Source of the DNA: Candidatus Parcubacteria bacterium
GTDB lineage: Bacteria > Patescibacteriota > Patescibacteriia > Patescibacteriales > BM507
Length of the DNA: 64,000 nucleotides
Direction of reading: 5' to 3'
Assembly (NCBI GenBank): GCA_002869265.1
Contig: PKTH01000040.1
Span: forward strand, 69,120 to 133,119
Both the position numbers and the translations under genes were made by a program. Of the stretch, positions 63,411 through 64,000 are shown piece by piece. Under the pieces are notes generated by a model. That model saw only the letters and a list, made by a program, of their open reading frames with translations, was not told the DNA's origin and did not search any database. Positions within the stretch are counted from its first letter, which is position 1, and each line of letters opens with the position of its first letter.

Positions 63411-64000
63411 ATGAAAATTAAAGAAAAGATAACTCTAACTATCATTGTCTTGGTGTTTATTCCTTCTGCTTTTATCGGGCTTATTGCCTACAACGAAGCT
63501 AAGGGGCGCTTAGAGTTGCAAAATGAGGCCGAAAGAGAGTTTATGGAACACCTTGTAAAAGGTAATGTAAAAGTGCAGGCGGATCTTGTAAATACTTTTC
63601 ATATTTTTGCAGCTGATAATATTGATGTAAATTTTGACGTTGCCGTAGATAAATTCATCGAATACTGTGGCACTTTCGTAGATATTGACGAAGAAAACGA
63701 CGAACTTGTTTGTGAAACTGGCAAAAAGTTTAATGATAAATACTACGATAACGACCTAGTAACAGATATTAAAAGGATTGTAAAAGGAAACACTTCAATT
63801 TTCATAAGAGAAGCTGACAACACAGCCAAAAAAATATCAACCACTGTAACTGACGGTCTTTATGAATACGGATACATTATGGAAGACGTTATGTACAATA
63901 CCACGATAGAAAACGAGGAAATATATTCAGAATATACAAAAATTGAAGGAGAATACAAAACAAAGAAATGCCAATCATTTAATGATTCAAACGGAAGACC
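63411..64000 (+). CDS. Membrane sensor protein, partial (N-terminal TM + extracytoplasmic sensing region; continues beyond window)
   Basis: MKIKEKITLTIIVLVFIPSAFIGLIAY followed by a soluble region resembling the periplasmic part of Cache-type sensors. The C-terminal output domain is not visible. Confidence 0.5.
   Translation, partial: MKIKEKITLTIIVLVFIPSAFIGLIAYNEAKGRLELQNEAEREFMEHLVKGNVKVQADLVNTFHIFAADNIDVNFDVAVDKFIEYCGTFVDIDEENDELVCETGKKFNDKYYDNDLVTDIKRIVKGNTSIFIREADNTAKKISTTVTDGLYEYGYIMEDVMYNTTIENEEIYSEYTKIEGEYKTKKCQSFNDSNGR

Noticed and set aside
1-64000. CRISPR arrays, transposases/IS elements, integrases, rRNA genes
   Set aside because: I saw no regularly spaced short direct repeats, no transposase- or integrase-like ORFs and no rRNA-like sequence. 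The only notable DNA repeats are the 62-bp pair, the 20-nt tRNA-end pair and the 12-mer array.

Overview
Low-GC bacterial chromosome segment using the standard code: a full-length RF2 is encoded and TAA, TAG and TGA all close ORFs. Gene content and protein style suggest a small-genome Patescibacteria/CPR-like organism, which is inference only.

Layout:
- 1-18.3 kb: a partial histidine kinase, an RND efflux pair, a membrane metallophosphoesterase and an HD protein. Next comes an ECF-sigma-headed minus-strand operon (sigma, membrane protein, secreted repeat protein, lipoprotein, long MFP, ABC ATPase, MacB-type permease, paralogous lipoprotein), then a second ECF sigma/anti-sigma pair.
- 18.4-33.1 kb: housekeeping genes. 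These are pheA, tyrA fused to chorismate mutase, an aminotransferase, tRNA-Pro(GGG) plus a tRNA 3' relic, an interrupted comEC, prfB, nrdR-nrdD-nrdG (with NrdR and DnaA boxes), ftsA-ftsZ and ybeY-dgkA.
- 33.1-49.2 kb: about 16 kb of seven co-oriented envelope proteins. Three are Ca-binding TSP3-repeat anchors and four are cysteine-dense proteins. Two of the latter (650 and 1880 aa) start with a VirB2/TrbC-like pilin hairpin.
- 49.3-64 kb: rel, a patch of small SD-preceded ORFs that looks GC-richer, a 554-aa gene bracketed by 62-bp direct repeats, ndk, a receiver protein, a stand-alone ComEC-type MBL domain and a Kef-like antiporter. A T-box leader then precedes two unknown membrane proteins plus glyQS.

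Most notable: the pilin-hairpin giant-protein operon, the minimal T-box, a split class III RNR with a separately encoded glycyl-radical peptide, a GC-rich two-micro-ORF islet, and a sigma-regulon promoter motif linked to Met/Gly-rich envelope proteins.
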